Source: a virus. Taken from it: a DNA stretch of 64,000 bases. The position numbers and the translations under genes are program-made. The stretch lies in IMG/VR virus record IMGVR_UViG_3300009164_005114, positions 18,856-82,855 of that record. One strand, given 5' to 3'. The notes beneath the pieces were generated by a model. It was not told the origin of the DNA and made no database searches. It saw nothing but the letters and a program-made list of their open reading frames with translations. This document shows positions 10,180 through 20,191 of the stretch, piece by piece; the stretch's first letter is position 1; each line of letters begins with the position of its first letter.

Positions 10180-11219
10180 ACGAGCTTGTTATTGTACAAT
10201 ATTGTTGAATCCTGTGTATCGTCTATTTTTGTAACTTCAACTCTAAGTCTATCGTTTGTTGTTATTTCAATATTTTGAAGGTCACTACCATAGTAATCAC
10301 CGTTAATGTATATGTCAAAAGTATCTACATTACCAGTTGAAACTAAATTCATATTGGCAGTGAAATCAATAAAATCATTTAACATAGTATTACCCGAAAC
10401 AAATAAAAAATTCATCTCAAATTCATCAGGGTTTTCAGGATATTTTTTTCTTTTTTGTTTTTTTGTTGAGGTGTCGATTTCCATAAGTTGTGTTACTCTT
10501 GCAATTGCAGGTTTAACTTCAAACTCTTCTTCGTCAATAAGATATCCCAACATTGTGAAATCATAATTTTGAATATAATATTTTCTTGACTCAATTGTCA
10601 TTTGAGATTCATCTGAAACATTATCCAAAATAATTGGAACATATTGTCCTTTAATAAATGTGTAGGCTTGTCTTGACGCGAATGTTTGCATAACCACTTT
10701 ATTAAGTTGGTTAAGTTCTCTCATTCTATTACAAATAATTTTAACACTATATTTGATATCAACAGGGACAGGTTGTGGAATTGTATAAATGTCCATACCT
10801 TGTTCATTACCATTCCATGTTGGTACCGAAGCGTAATAAAATTGCTTTCTGTTTGGAATGTTATAAATTAAAGCAGGGTTTGAACCGTATTTTACTTCAG
10901 GATTTCTAACCACTGTAATAAATGGTGGGGATGGATTATTATCCATATCCGTGAATAATGCGGTTTCAGTATATTGAGTCCAATTTTGAGTTGTAATGAT
11001 AATATCCAACATAGGAACAATTTTTCCCGATGTTGTTACTTGTAATTCATCTTTAACAAAATTCAACATACCTTTATCTAAATCGGCATGTAATACTGAC
11101 TTAGGTAAATAAGTTCCATCTTCTTTAATATACTCTAAAAGTTGTTCTCTTCTTTCAGATAAAACTTTTTTTGGTACTAAAGGTAATGTTGGTTTAACTA
11201 TGTTTCTTGGTAACGGCAT
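10176..11219 (-). CDS. Putative tail completion/terminator protein
   Basis: Position between neck and sheath genes; PVPVDIKYSVKI segment resembles tail-terminator proteins. Confidence 0.45.
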   Translation of the reverse strand: MPLPRNIVKPTLPLVPKKVLSERREQLLEYIKEDGTYLPKSVLHADLDKGMLNFVKDELQVTTSGKIVPMLDIIITTQNWTQYTETALFTDMDNNPSPPFITVVRNPEVKYGSNPALIYNIPNRKQFYYASVPTWNGNEQGMDIYTIPQPVPVDIKYSVKIICNRMRELNQLNKVVMQTFASRQAYTFIKGQYVPIILDNVSDESQMTIESRKYYIQNYDFTMLGYLIDEEEFEVKPAIARVTQLMEIDTSTKKQKRKKYPENPDEFEMNFLFVSGNTMLNDFIDFTANMNLVSTGNVDTFDIYINGDYYGSDLQNIEITTNDRLRVEVTKIDDTQDSTILYNNKLV

Positions 11220-11223
11220 TTTA

Positions 11224-11634
11224 TTATTTTACAACAAATATTTTATTTTGCGAATTTATCATATCAACTTCATTTGCATGATAAACAGGTTCTTCACTGT
11301 CTTTATAAACAAACGAATCAAATTTATATGGATTATATGTAACAACTTTATCAGAAGTTGAGGTTGGTAAATCGTCACATGGATATTCACAATAATCTAA
11401 TAATTTTCCAATTACAAATGCGTGAACATTCTTTGATTTTTCAGAACGAACTTTTTCTTTACCACCTTTTCTAACTCTAAACTCAACATCTCCTAATTTA
11501 ACATAGTCAGCATGCATAATTACTTTACTATCATAGGTGACCGAAAAAGTATGTTTGTGTAAATTATAATACACCATAACTTTCTTACCCAAAAATAAAT
11601 TATCAAACTGAGATTCAGTTATTACTACTTTCAT
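11224..11634 (-). CDS. Conserved phage hypothetical protein with MKVVITESQ leader
   Basis: VYYNLHK...KNVHAFV...VTYNPYK motifs; N-terminal ITESQ motif. Confidence 0.55.
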   Translation of the reverse strand: MKVVITESQFDNLFLGKKVMVYYNLHKHTFSVTYDSKVIMHADYVKLGDVEFRVRKGGKEKVRSEKSKNVHAFVIGKLLDYCEYPCDDLPTSTSDKVVTYNPYKFDSFVYKDSEEPVYHANEVDMINSQNKIFVVK

Positions 11635-12146
11635 TATAATCCTCTAAATTCGTTTTCGCTTACATATGTTGCGGTTATTGTTCTATAGAACGGTTTGTAT
11701 CCACCATAAGTATGTTTATTGTCTGACTTAACAAGTCCATCATCAATAACCGTATAATATCTAATTCGGTCTTCAGTTTCATAATATCCAAAGTAATCAC
11801 CCATAAGGATATTAACTTGCATATCATCAAGAGTTTTTTGGTAAATTGAAAATTTCATATTACCTGGCTCATCTTGTTTAACTTTAGAATTACCAAGTAA
11901 TTTGTTAGTTGGAGCCATGATTTGAACATAACCGTTCAATTCTATAGGTGCCATGAATTGTATTCCATCTTCTAAAACTTCACCATACACATCATCAGTT
12001 TTTGTGCGATATCTATCAACACGGTATAACACAACCGTGAAATTCATATCACCCACTAACCACTCTTCACCCATACCAATATCTAATACAAAATCCTCCT
12101 CACCGAAGAATTTGCCTAACCTTGTAATTGGAACTAATTTTTGCAT
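11634..12146 (-). CDS. Putative head closure/neck protein (gp14-like)
   Basis: LYRVD...DDVYGE motif; context. Confidence 0.5.
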   Translation of the reverse strand: MQKLVPITRLGKFFGEEDFVLDIGMGEEWLVGDMNFTVVLYRVDRYRTKTDDVYGEVLEDGIQFMAPIELNGYVQIMAPTNKLLGNSKVKQDEPGNMKFSIYQKTLDDMQVNILMGDYFGYYETEDRIRYYTVIDDGLVKSDNKHTYGGYKPFYRTITATYVSENEFRGL

Positions 12147-12201
12147 ATATTGATAAATACTTTATTTTTACTTATATTTAAGACAAACTTTTATTAAAAG
12201 A

Positions 12202-13953
12202 ATGGAAATAAGTTTGGAGTCAAAGGCATTGACGATTCTTGAAACATATGAAGGTGGTAATAATTACATGTTAGAGTTAAAACGTAAGTCACAACTTAAC
12301 AAAAAATTTTACCCAACAAGAAGTCAATCAGAGTATATTATTAACTTCCACGACAAGCAACCAAAGGTTGCCAAGAAGTGGGTGATTCTTGACGCCTACT
12401 TTGCACAAAAATTAGCTGACGATAAATTATATACCGAAATACCTCAAAAAGTTTGGGTTGAAAAATTATTAGCAGATAAAGAAAAGGCTTACCACATTTG
12501 GGGTAAAGTTTTTGAAAAAGAAGAATTACATGATTTTTGGTTACCAAAGGCAGCAATCATTAAAGATAATTCAGTTAAAGATGTTGTGATTGATTATTCC
12601 AAATATTCTCACCGTCCTCCATTAGAACATCAAAAAGAAGCAATTCAAAAATTAGTTGAAAATAAAAAGTTTATCTTGGCTGATGACATGGGTCTTGGTA
12701 AAACAACCTCAACAATCATTGCAGCATTAGAATCAGGTTCTAAAAAAGTTTTAATCATTTGTCCCGCTACTTTAAAAATTAACTGGAAACGTGAGATTGA
12801 AAATTATTCAGACAAATCAATCTACATTGCGGAAAGTAAAAACTTTAGTACTGAGGCGGATTTTGTAATTATAAACTACGACATAATAAAAAATTTCCAT
12901 GACCCTAAAAAGAAAGATGAATCTCAAGTTCTTGCTGCCAATTTTGATTTGGTTATTATTGACGAAGCACACTATATCAAAAATGCTACGGCGCAAAGGA
13001 CGAAACTAATTAACGATATCGTTAAAAAAACTGACAGATTGTGGTTATTGACAGGTACCCCAATGACATCACGACCAATTGATTATTTCAACTTATTAAG
13101 TTTGATTGATTCCCCTGTTGCAAAGAATTGGATGGCATATGCTATCAGATATTGTCAAGGATATCAATTTAATGTTGGCGGAAGAAAAGTTTGGAATGTG
13201 ACGGGTGCATCAAATTTAGAGGAATTAAGAGACCGAACTGTAGGATTAACATTAAGAAGATTAAAAGAAAATGTTCTTGACCTACCCGATAAAATTATTA
13301 CCCCTGTATATCTTAGATTAAAATCTAAAGAATATGAAAATGTTATGGGGGAATATTATGATTGGTATGATAAAAATCCTGAAGAGTCAAAATCACTAAC
13401 AGTTCAATTTTCAAAACTAACAAAGGTTAGACAAATTATTGCTGACGAGAAAATTGCTCAGACAATTGAACTTGCCGAAAACATTTTAGAACAAGACAAG
13501 AAAGTTATCATATTCTGTAATTTCACAGATTCTTTAAATAAAATTACAGAACATTTTGGAAAACTTGCAGTTAAACTTGATGGTTCAATGTCAAAACCTG
13601 AAAGACAATACTCTGTTGACCAATTCCAAGACAACCCAAAGGTTAAAGTTTTTGTTGGTAACATTAAAGCCGCAGGTGTTGGTATTACTTTAACATCAGC
13701 AGAAGCGGTAATCATGAATGACCTTTCATTCTTACCATCAGACCACGCACAAGCTGAAGACCGAGCATATCGCTACGGTCAAAATAACAATGTATTAGTA
13801 TACTATCCAATTTTTGAAAATACGATTGAAGGTATCATTTATGATATATTGAACAACAAGAAACAAGTCATCGCAACAGTTATGGGTGACAACCAAAATC
13901 CTGCTGATGCAGCAGAAGAAATTCTACAAAGAATTAATCAGTTGAGATATTAA
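12202..13953 (+). CDS. SNF2-family helicase/ATPase (SMARCAL1/HARP-like)
   Basis: LADDMGLGKT, DEAH, LTGTP, GVGITLT and QAEDRAYRYGQ motifs. Confidence 0.92.
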   Translation: MEISLESKALTILETYEGGNNYMLELKRKSQLNKKFYPTRSQSEYIINFHDKQPKVAKKWVILDAYFAQKLADDKLYTEIPQKVWVEKLLADKEKAYHIWGKVFEKEELHDFWLPKAAIIKDNSVKDVVIDYSKYSHRPPLEHQKEAIQKLVENKKFILADDMGLGKTTSTIIAALESGSKKVLIICPATLKINWKREIENYSDKSIYIAESKNFSTEADFVIINYDIIKNFHDPKKKDESQVLAANFDLVIIDEAHYIKNATAQRTKLINDIVKKTDRLWLLTGTPMTSRPIDYFNLLSLIDSPVAKNWMAYAIRYCQGYQFNVGGRKVWNVTGASNLEELRDRTVGLTLRRLKENVLDLPDKIITPVYLRLKSKEYENVMGEYYDWYDKNPEESKSLTVQFSKLTKVRQIIADEKIAQTIELAENILEQDKKVIIFCNFTDSLNKITEHFGKLAVKLDGSMSKPERQYSVDQFQDNPKVKVFVGNIKAAGVGITLTSAEAVIMNDLSFLPSDHAQAEDRAYRYGQNNNVLVYYPIFENTIEGIIYDILNNKKQVIATVMGDNQNPADAAEEILQRINQLRY

Positions 13954-13994
13954 GCAACTACGGATTATTTATATACAACGGATAATCCAAAACT

Positions 13995-15524
13995 ATGAAA
14001 AAAACAGAAGAGAAAATCCAACAACTAGAACTACAGATACTTGAAACCCACGTTAACAAAGAAAAAGAGTTGTTGATTACAGAAATGAAAAAAATAGGAA
14101 TAGAGAAATTACCTTATTCTTATACAGCCCTCAAACAGTTTATTGACCCAGAAACAATGAACTTTCATTATAATAAACATTATAAAGGGTACGTGGATAA
14201 ACTAAACGACGCATTATCAAAGAAAAAATACGGAGATTTAGATTTAGAAAAAATAATCAAAACAATTAGTCGTTTTGATAAAAACATAAGAAATAATGCA
14301 GGTGGTGCTTTTAACCACGCATTATTTTGGAACATGTTAACTCCTGAACCCAAAAAACTTGATGGTGAACTTTACAAAAAAATCACCAAACAATGGGGGA
14401 CATTCACCGCATTCAAAAAAGAATTTGAAAAACAAGCCAAAGAAAGATTTGGTTCTGGATGGGTATGGTTAGTTCTAACCTCAAAAAATACTTTAAAAAT
14501 TATGTCAACTCCAAACCAAGACAATCCATTAATGAATGTGATTGAAGGGGGTGGATTTCCACTATTAGGACTAGATTTATGGGAACATGCTTATTATCTA
14601 AAATATAGAAACAAAAGAGATGAATATATCACAAACTTTTGGAAAGTAGTTAATTGGGATTTTGTAACAAAAATGTACGAAATGAAAATTGAAACAAAAT
14701 TAACTGAATCAACAAAATTAAAACAATTGTTAAGTGAGGGTAAATCTGAAATGTGTTCTCAATCAGAGAATGAATTCTATAGAATGTTATTCAATGCAAA
14801 TTCCGATATAAAATGGACTTTCATGAATGGTATTAATAAAATCATGAAAGAAGTATTCAATGAAAACTATATTGAAAAACCAGACAACGACCAATTACCT
14901 GGTGTTTATAATCTTGAGGGTCCTGGCAGGTCTGTTATTAATAAATTAAACACAAACTACACATCTTTTTGTATCTTATTAAAAGATTTAAATAATGTTA
15001 TTGCAACAATTCCTAATAAAGAACCCATTCAATTTATGGATAAAACTCCATCACAACAAAAGAAAGAGGTTGAAAGATTTGTTAATGCATTAAACCATTT
15101 TAAGTTTAGAATCTTTGATAAAGAAAGTTCAACTTTTCAAAATTTATTAAGAATTTTAACTGAAAAAGATAAAGCAGGAAGTAAAAGAGAAGAAATCACG
15201 GCATCAATACTTAAGAGGTTTTTTGGTAAAACCGCTAAGGTTGAGGTGGTTGGAGAACTTGGTAATAAAAAAGACGCAATACAAGGTGTGGATTTAGAAG
15301 TTTTTAAAGATGGACAATTATATACCGCTCAGATTAAACCGTTTAGAAATATGATTGAAACTGAGGATGGTATTGTTTTAGAAGGTACCGCAAGTGTTAA
15401 GTTATACAAAACAGATTGGATGGTTTTCCAAAAAGGAAAAAATGTTTTAGTGTTCAATCAAAAACCAAAAATTGTAGGTGGTAATTTTGTTTTTCCAAAA
15501 GATTCACTGCTCTACAGTATTTAA
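13995..15524 (+). CDS. sod: Fe/Mn superoxide dismutase fused to an uncharacterised C-terminal domain
   Basis: LPYSY..L, HYNKH, GGAFNHALFW, FGSGWVWL, NQDNP and DLWEHAYY; about 270 extra C-terminal residues. Confidence 0.9.
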   Translation: MKKTEEKIQQLELQILETHVNKEKELLITEMKKIGIEKLPYSYTALKQFIDPETMNFHYNKHYKGYVDKLNDALSKKKYGDLDLEKIIKTISRFDKNIRNNAGGAFNHALFWNMLTPEPKKLDGELYKKITKQWGTFTAFKKEFEKQAKERFGSGWVWLVLTSKNTLKIMSTPNQDNPLMNVIEGGGFPLLGLDLWEHAYYLKYRNKRDEYITNFWKVVNWDFVTKMYEMKIETKLTESTKLKQLLSEGKSEMCSQSENEFYRMLFNANSDIKWTFMNGINKIMKEVFNENYIEKPDNDQLPGVYNLEGPGRSVINKLNTNYTSFCILLKDLNNVIATIPNKEPIQFMDKTPSQQKKEVERFVNALNHFKFRIFDKESSTFQNLLRILTEKDKAGSKREEITASILKRFFGKTAKVEVVGELGNKKDAIQGVDLEVFKDGQLYTAQIKPFRNMIETEDGIVLEGTASVKLYKTDWMVFQKGKNVLVFNQKPKIVGGNFVFPKDSLLYSI

Positions 15525-15551
15525 TAATAAACTAATTGATATTTATTAGAT

Positions 15552-16664
15552 ATGGCAGTTATTCCAGAACCAGAAAGGTCAAAAATTTATACAAGAATTA
15601 AACACTTATTGGGTGCACCATTAAGAAGTGTTGAGATTGAAGATGAAATGATGGATTCTTTGATGGAACTATCTATTCAAGATTATGAACAATATGTTCT
15701 TGATTGGTTAATTGAAAGTCAGTGGGTTAACTTGGTTAACTTGAACATGACTGAAAAGTCTGTTGCTCAAGCTTTAATTACAAGAACCATGGATTTTGAA
15801 CAACAATTTGCATATTCGTATTCAAAAATTGTTGGACTTCAAACTATGGGTCCATGGGTACTTAAAAAAGATTATTTTCTTCTTGAGCCAAACAAACAAG
15901 ATTATGAAATACCTGCAGGTAGAGAGATTAATGAGTTATTATGGTTTAGTAACCAACCTTGGACTGCATTTGGTATGGGTGGAATTGGTGGTTTTGGTGG
16001 TGTTGGATTAGGTGCGAATGAAGTAGGATTTGCTCAAATGGGTTATCAAGGTTCTTACTTTATGATGTCAGGTTTTGACTACTTGTTAAGAATGCAAGAG
16101 GCAAACATTATGAATAGAATTTTAGGTGGTTCGTTAACATATAGAATTACTGCGTTACCTGATGGTAAAAGAAACGTACAGTTATATAACGCTCCTGGTA
16201 ATCATTTTAATTGGAATAATTATAGCGGATATGTCGGTAAAGCTGTTTGGTATTGGTATTACGATGTAACTCCTGATAGTAGGGCGGATTGTTTAAAAAA
16301 TAATCCTGATGTAATTAAAATGCCTAATGAAGTTCCTTTAGAAGAGTTTACTTGGACAGATTTAAATGTACCTGCACAACAATGGGTAAGAAGATGGTTT
16401 ACCGCTTACGTTAAAGAAACGTTAGGTAGAGTTAGAGGGAAATATAGTGGAAACTTAAAAACCCCTGACTCTGAAATCCAAATGGACTATACAAGTCTTT
16501 TAACTGAAGGTAAAGATGAAAAAACTAAGTTAGAAGAAGAATTAAAACTAAGACTTGAAAGACTTAGACCTGAAAAACAAATGGAAAAAGAAGCCCTTAT
16601 TGCTGAAAATTTAAATAAGCAAATGAAATTCAGAGCTATGCCTCGTCAAATATATGTAATTTAA
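15552..16664 (+). CDS. Neck / head-tail adaptor protein (gp13-like)
   Basis: N-terminal IKHLLGAPLRSVEI and C-terminal WVRRWFTAYVKETLGRVRGKYSG motifs. Confidence 0.7.
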   Translation: MAVIPEPERSKIYTRIKHLLGAPLRSVEIEDEMMDSLMELSIQDYEQYVLDWLIESQWVNLVNLNMTEKSVAQALITRTMDFEQQFAYSYSKIVGLQTMGPWVLKKDYFLLEPNKQDYEIPAGREINELLWFSNQPWTAFGMGGIGGFGGVGLGANEVGFAQMGYQGSYFMMSGFDYLLRMQEANIMNRILGGSLTYRITALPDGKRNVQLYNAPGNHFNWNNYSGYVGKAVWYWYYDVTPDSRADCLKNNPDVIKMPNEVPLEEFTWTDLNVPAQQWVRRWFTAYVKETLGRVRGKYSGNLKTPDSEIQMDYTSLLTEGKDEKTKLEEELKLRLERLRPEKQMEKEALIAENLNKQMKFRAMPRQIYVI

Positions 16665-16668
16665 CCTT

Positions 16669-17004
16669 ATGGCAATATTAAGAACAATCCCATCTACAAG
16701 ATTAATTAATGGGGAAATATTAGAAACTTCAGAAATTTCAATTGTGTCTGAAAGAGAATACTCAACTAACGGTGAGGAATGTGTTATCATTAGAAATGTA
16801 TTGGAGTCTACAGTTACTTTAAACTCAAAAACTACTGACCATATTGTCGTAAAGGCAATGACAAGGATAACAATCAAACCTGACACAGGCAAAATTGACG
16901 AAGACTATGATGAAATAGTTGCCGACAAATATGCCTGTATTGAGTTTAGATTTTGTGCTGGTAATTGGTATATCTTATCTTCAGACGGTCTCAAGAATTC
17001 CTAA
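16669..17004 (+). CDS. Hypothetical beta-rich protein
   Basis: ORF following the neck gene in the same orientation. Confidence 0.5.
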   Translation: MAILRTIPSTRLINGEILETSEISIVSEREYSTNGEECVIIRNVLESTVTLNSKTTDHIVVKAMTRITIKPDTGKIDEDYDEIVADKYACIEFRFCAGNWYILSSDGLKNS

Positions 17005-19710
17005 CTTTTCTTTCCACCCTTCTTCAGCTAATTCGTACATATAGTCAGGGTCTAAACCTCGTTTTTTCCAATATGACATTTCAGCATCTGTAATCGCTAA
17101 CACGTCCTCCAATTTATCTTGACCTGACTCGTCAAATGGTTGACCATTTATCAATTCACATTGTGCGGTTGTAAAGATACCTCTTTTTTCAGGGTCAGTA
17201 ACAATTAAACCATTTCTCACTTCATCCTTAAAACAAACTAATAACGGCTCAATTCTTTTATTAAAAGTGGTAATTGCTCTTGGGACATTATAATCACCTG
17301 TTAAATTAGGGTCATTGTCTAAAATGTCTTTATCTAACATATAACAATTAATTTGAACTCCATCCCCTTTCTTTTGAACATCTCCATGAGACGATTTAAG
17401 TCCATTATTAACATACATAATAACATCACCTAAACTTACGTTTAAATTTGATTGAAGAGCTAATTCCATGTGGGCCATTCTGCTCATACTATTACCCGAT
17501 TTAGTTTTTTCTGTTAAACGTTTTTTGTAATCATCCATACTTAGTTTAACTTTCGCCCTTTGAGCGATTTTACTTAACGGTATCTTTTTATCAAAAATTG
17601 TCTGTAAGTACTCATAGTAATATTCAACAAACGCCTTACCATTGCCTTCAAGTAACATTTTAACACCTTTATCCAAAAAGGCCTCAATATACAATGGAAG
17701 TTTCTTTGATTTAATACTATTACCCGTTAATTTGATTTTACCTTTGGCATCCATAACCGCATAGTTCTTACGAGCTAAGTTGATGGTAGAAGGCCATATA
17801 CCATCAGTATCAAGCGCCATCTCACCTCTCATGAATATATCATTATACTCGGCAACATCGGCTTCAGGCCCAAAATATTCTTTACCCTCTTTAACTTTCC
17901 AATTCAATCCACGACCAACATAAACTCTATCGTTTGCCTCATCAGGAGTTGAGAAGTTAACACCATCCGTATCCATTACCAACGGAACGTATCCTTTAGT
18001 CATGAAGAACTTAATCATCTGACGAAGGTATTGTCTACCTGTACAGGTAATCTGTTCACCCATATACATGTCACCCCAAGCATAAACCTGAGGAGCGGAT
18101 AATGCACCAAACATCGAGTTAATGAAAATCTTAATCGGTAACTGTTTATTACCATATGATTCAGACTTCTTACGGTCAACATTATAAAACTCTTCAGCAA
18201 GTTGTTTGTATTTGATACGGGTATTACGGAAGTAACTTAACATACCTTTCATTGCACCTGTTACATCACAGTCAGGAAATACATCATGTACTAACTGAAT
18301 AGAAGGGTATAGAGATGAGAAATCGAGTTTAAGTACGTTCTTACTATAACCAACCTTAAGTAGTCGTGAAAGACCTCCTACAAAGTCTGTCTTACCTTGT
18401 TTTTCTGGAATAGCGAGCCCATGCTTATAAGACCAAGCTAACATTAACATTTTCCATAATGTTGCAGTACCCATGGTTGAAACCCTTTCGTATGTTGTTG
18501 GAATCATCGCAGCCAACAAGAAGGAACCTTGGTTGAACTCTTGGTCCACCTTAAGGGTTTCATCTAGGTCATCGTCAAGATACATCTCTACTAACTTATC
18601 ACCTTTAATCTTATTGTATACGTCAGTACGTTTATCACAAATTTCATCAATTTTAGAATCCACACCAACTTTTTTGTAATTACCGTTTTTAGTGTTTAAC
18701 CAAAAGTCTTCTTTCTTTGAGTAGAATGGACCAATATCTAAATGGTCAATATAAACACGGTCAGGGGCTTCAGCATTAATATACTGAGTAATGTATTTCA
18801 ATCCCGCAGATTTAATACTTGAATTGATTGCTTGTGCTCTACGAACAGCATGAATAATATCAATTACATTATAACCCCAAATAGAAGTTTGAGTAAATGT
18901 CTCAACCTCATTCGCAAGTTTTAACATACTATCTTTTCTTGTGAATGAATGTTGAGGATGTAATGATTTACAAATCTTCTTAGGGTCTATCCCCAATATT
19001 TGACATCTTTCAAAAATCCAATGCCAGTCGAAATTTGCTGAGTTGTAACCACCAATAATACTTGGTTTTAATTCATTAATAACATTAAAGAATTCAATGA
19101 TGGCATTCTTTTCTTCTGCCTCATCCATACACTCAATAACTCGGTGATATCCTTTATTTGTTTTAATTCCAATCATGAAGATACGACCGTCCTTTGGTTC
19201 AAGAGCAGTCGTCTCTAAGTCATATACCATTCGGGTAACTTCTTCATAATTCTCAAATCCTTTAAATAATCTTTTTTCTTTAGAGATTAAGTATTGTTCT
19301 ACAGGAGGTAAAATCATTACTTTGTCTTTTGTTTTTTCACCCCATGGGTCACAACCACCTTCTCTAAAGAACTGAATAAGCTCTCTATATCCTTTAAGTG
19401 ATTTCACCATGAAAGTCATACCTTTTTGTAACCTTTCGTTACCGTGAGTTTCCAACTTCTCAATCATAATACCATGTTTGGACATGGCTTCTTTCTGAGC
19501 TGCTTTTGAATTACCGTAAAAGTTAATACCGCGTAAATCACCTACCCATGCAAATGGGGTAAACGTATCCTTACGGATTTCTTTTCCTTTACCAGGAATC
19601 TCTTTAATTTTGTAAATGGAGTTGGATGCGTAGTCAAATTCTATTGCTACAATAAATTCTTCGGGGTCATTCCCGTGCAAGAACGATTCAATTTCTTCGT
19701 TAGATATCAT
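16981..19710 (-). CDS. Family B DNA polymerase
   Basis: Exonuclease motifs YDLET and YNSANFD; polymerase motifs DFSSLYPS, KIFINSMFG and MDTDG. Confidence 0.95.
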   Translation of the reverse strand: MISNEEIESFLHGNDPEEFIVAIEFDYASNSIYKIKEIPGKGKEIRKDTFTPFAWVGDLRGINFYGNSKAAQKEAMSKHGIMIEKLETHGNERLQKGMTFMVKSLKGYRELIQFFREGGCDPWGEKTKDKVMILPPVEQYLISKEKRLFKGFENYEEVTRMVYDLETTALEPKDGRIFMIGIKTNKGYHRVIECMDEAEEKNAIIEFFNVINELKPSIIGGYNSANFDWHWIFERCQILGIDPKKICKSLHPQHSFTRKDSMLKLANEVETFTQTSIWGYNVIDIIHAVRRAQAINSSIKSAGLKYITQYINAEAPDRVYIDHLDIGPFYSKKEDFWLNTKNGNYKKVGVDSKIDEICDKRTDVYNKIKGDKLVEMYLDDDLDETLKVDQEFNQGSFLLAAMIPTTYERVSTMGTATLWKMLMLAWSYKHGLAIPEKQGKTDFVGGLSRLLKVGYSKNVLKLDFSSLYPSIQLVHDVFPDCDVTGAMKGMLSYFRNTRIKYKQLAEEFYNVDRKKSESYGNKQLPIKIFINSMFGALSAPQVYAWGDMYMGEQITCTGRQYLRQMIKFFMTKGYVPLVMDTDGVNFSTPDEANDRVYVGRGLNWKVKEGKEYFGPEADVAEYNDIFMRGEMALDTDGIWPSTINLARKNYAVMDAKGKIKLTGNSIKSKKLPLYIEAFLDKGVKMLLEGNGKAFVEYYYEYLQTIFDKKIPLSKIAQRAKVKLSMDDYKKRLTEKTKSGNSMSRMAHMELALQSNLNVSLGDVIMYVNNGLKSSHGDVQKKGDGVQINCYMLDKDILDNDPNLTGDYNVPRAITTFNKRIEPLLVCFKDEVRNGLIVTDPEKRGIFTTAQCELINGQPFDESGQDKLEDVLAITDAEMSYWKKRGLDPDYMYELAEEGWKEKLGILETV

Positions 19711-19734
19711 AAGTTATATAGTTGGTTTATTAGC

Positions 19735-19752
19735 TTTCACACCATCGTGAAA
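19735..19752 (-). promoter_or_regulatory. Hairpin in the polymerase 5' leader
   Basis: TTTCAC-GATGGT-GTGAAA, 24 nt upstream of the ATG. Confidence 0.4.
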
Positions 19753-19797
19753 TTTACCTTCTATGATAAATATAAAATAAAAAACTTAGTAATCAAA

Positions 19798-20175
19798 TTA
19801 ACAACAAGCAGTTTCTGAAATAAAACTTGGTTGAATATTAATATATAACTCTTCTCTAATAGGTAGAATCAAATTACCTTCGTCATTCTTAATTAAAAAC
19901 TGACCTACATATCGACCTGGGGTATTTGTATCCCTTGAACTAAATTTGAAATAAATATAATATTCGGGTTCAGCACCTAAAGGTAAAATTAAATTTACTA
20001 TTTCTGCAGGTGCCGACACAATTTTAGGAATTCCTGTTTCTACTTCTACCATAGTAAAAAAGATTGTTGAAACCGCCAAGTCCTCCATTAGTTGAAGATA
20101 TCCTGACCTTCCGTCTTTAACTACCTGCATTTTTAATACAGGGAGTGTTGCGTTTTGTTTGATAAAGAATTCCAT
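19798..20175 (-). CDS. BppU-N-like Ig-fold structural protein
   Basis: FFIKQNATLP.L ... Y.F...DT..PG.Y.GQF.I pattern. Confidence 0.5.
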   Translation of the reverse strand: MEFFIKQNATLPVLKMQVVKDGRSGYLQLMEDLAVSTIFFTMVEVETGIPKIVSAPAEIVNLILPLGAEPEYYIYFKFSSRDTNTPGRYVGQFLIKNDEGNLILPIREELYINIQPSFISETACC

Positions 20176-20191
20176 AACAATAAATATATTG

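Noticed and set aside
16981-19710. Intein or intron in the DNA polymerase
   Set aside because: Motifs are normally spaced and no splice-junction or homing endonuclease motifs are visible.
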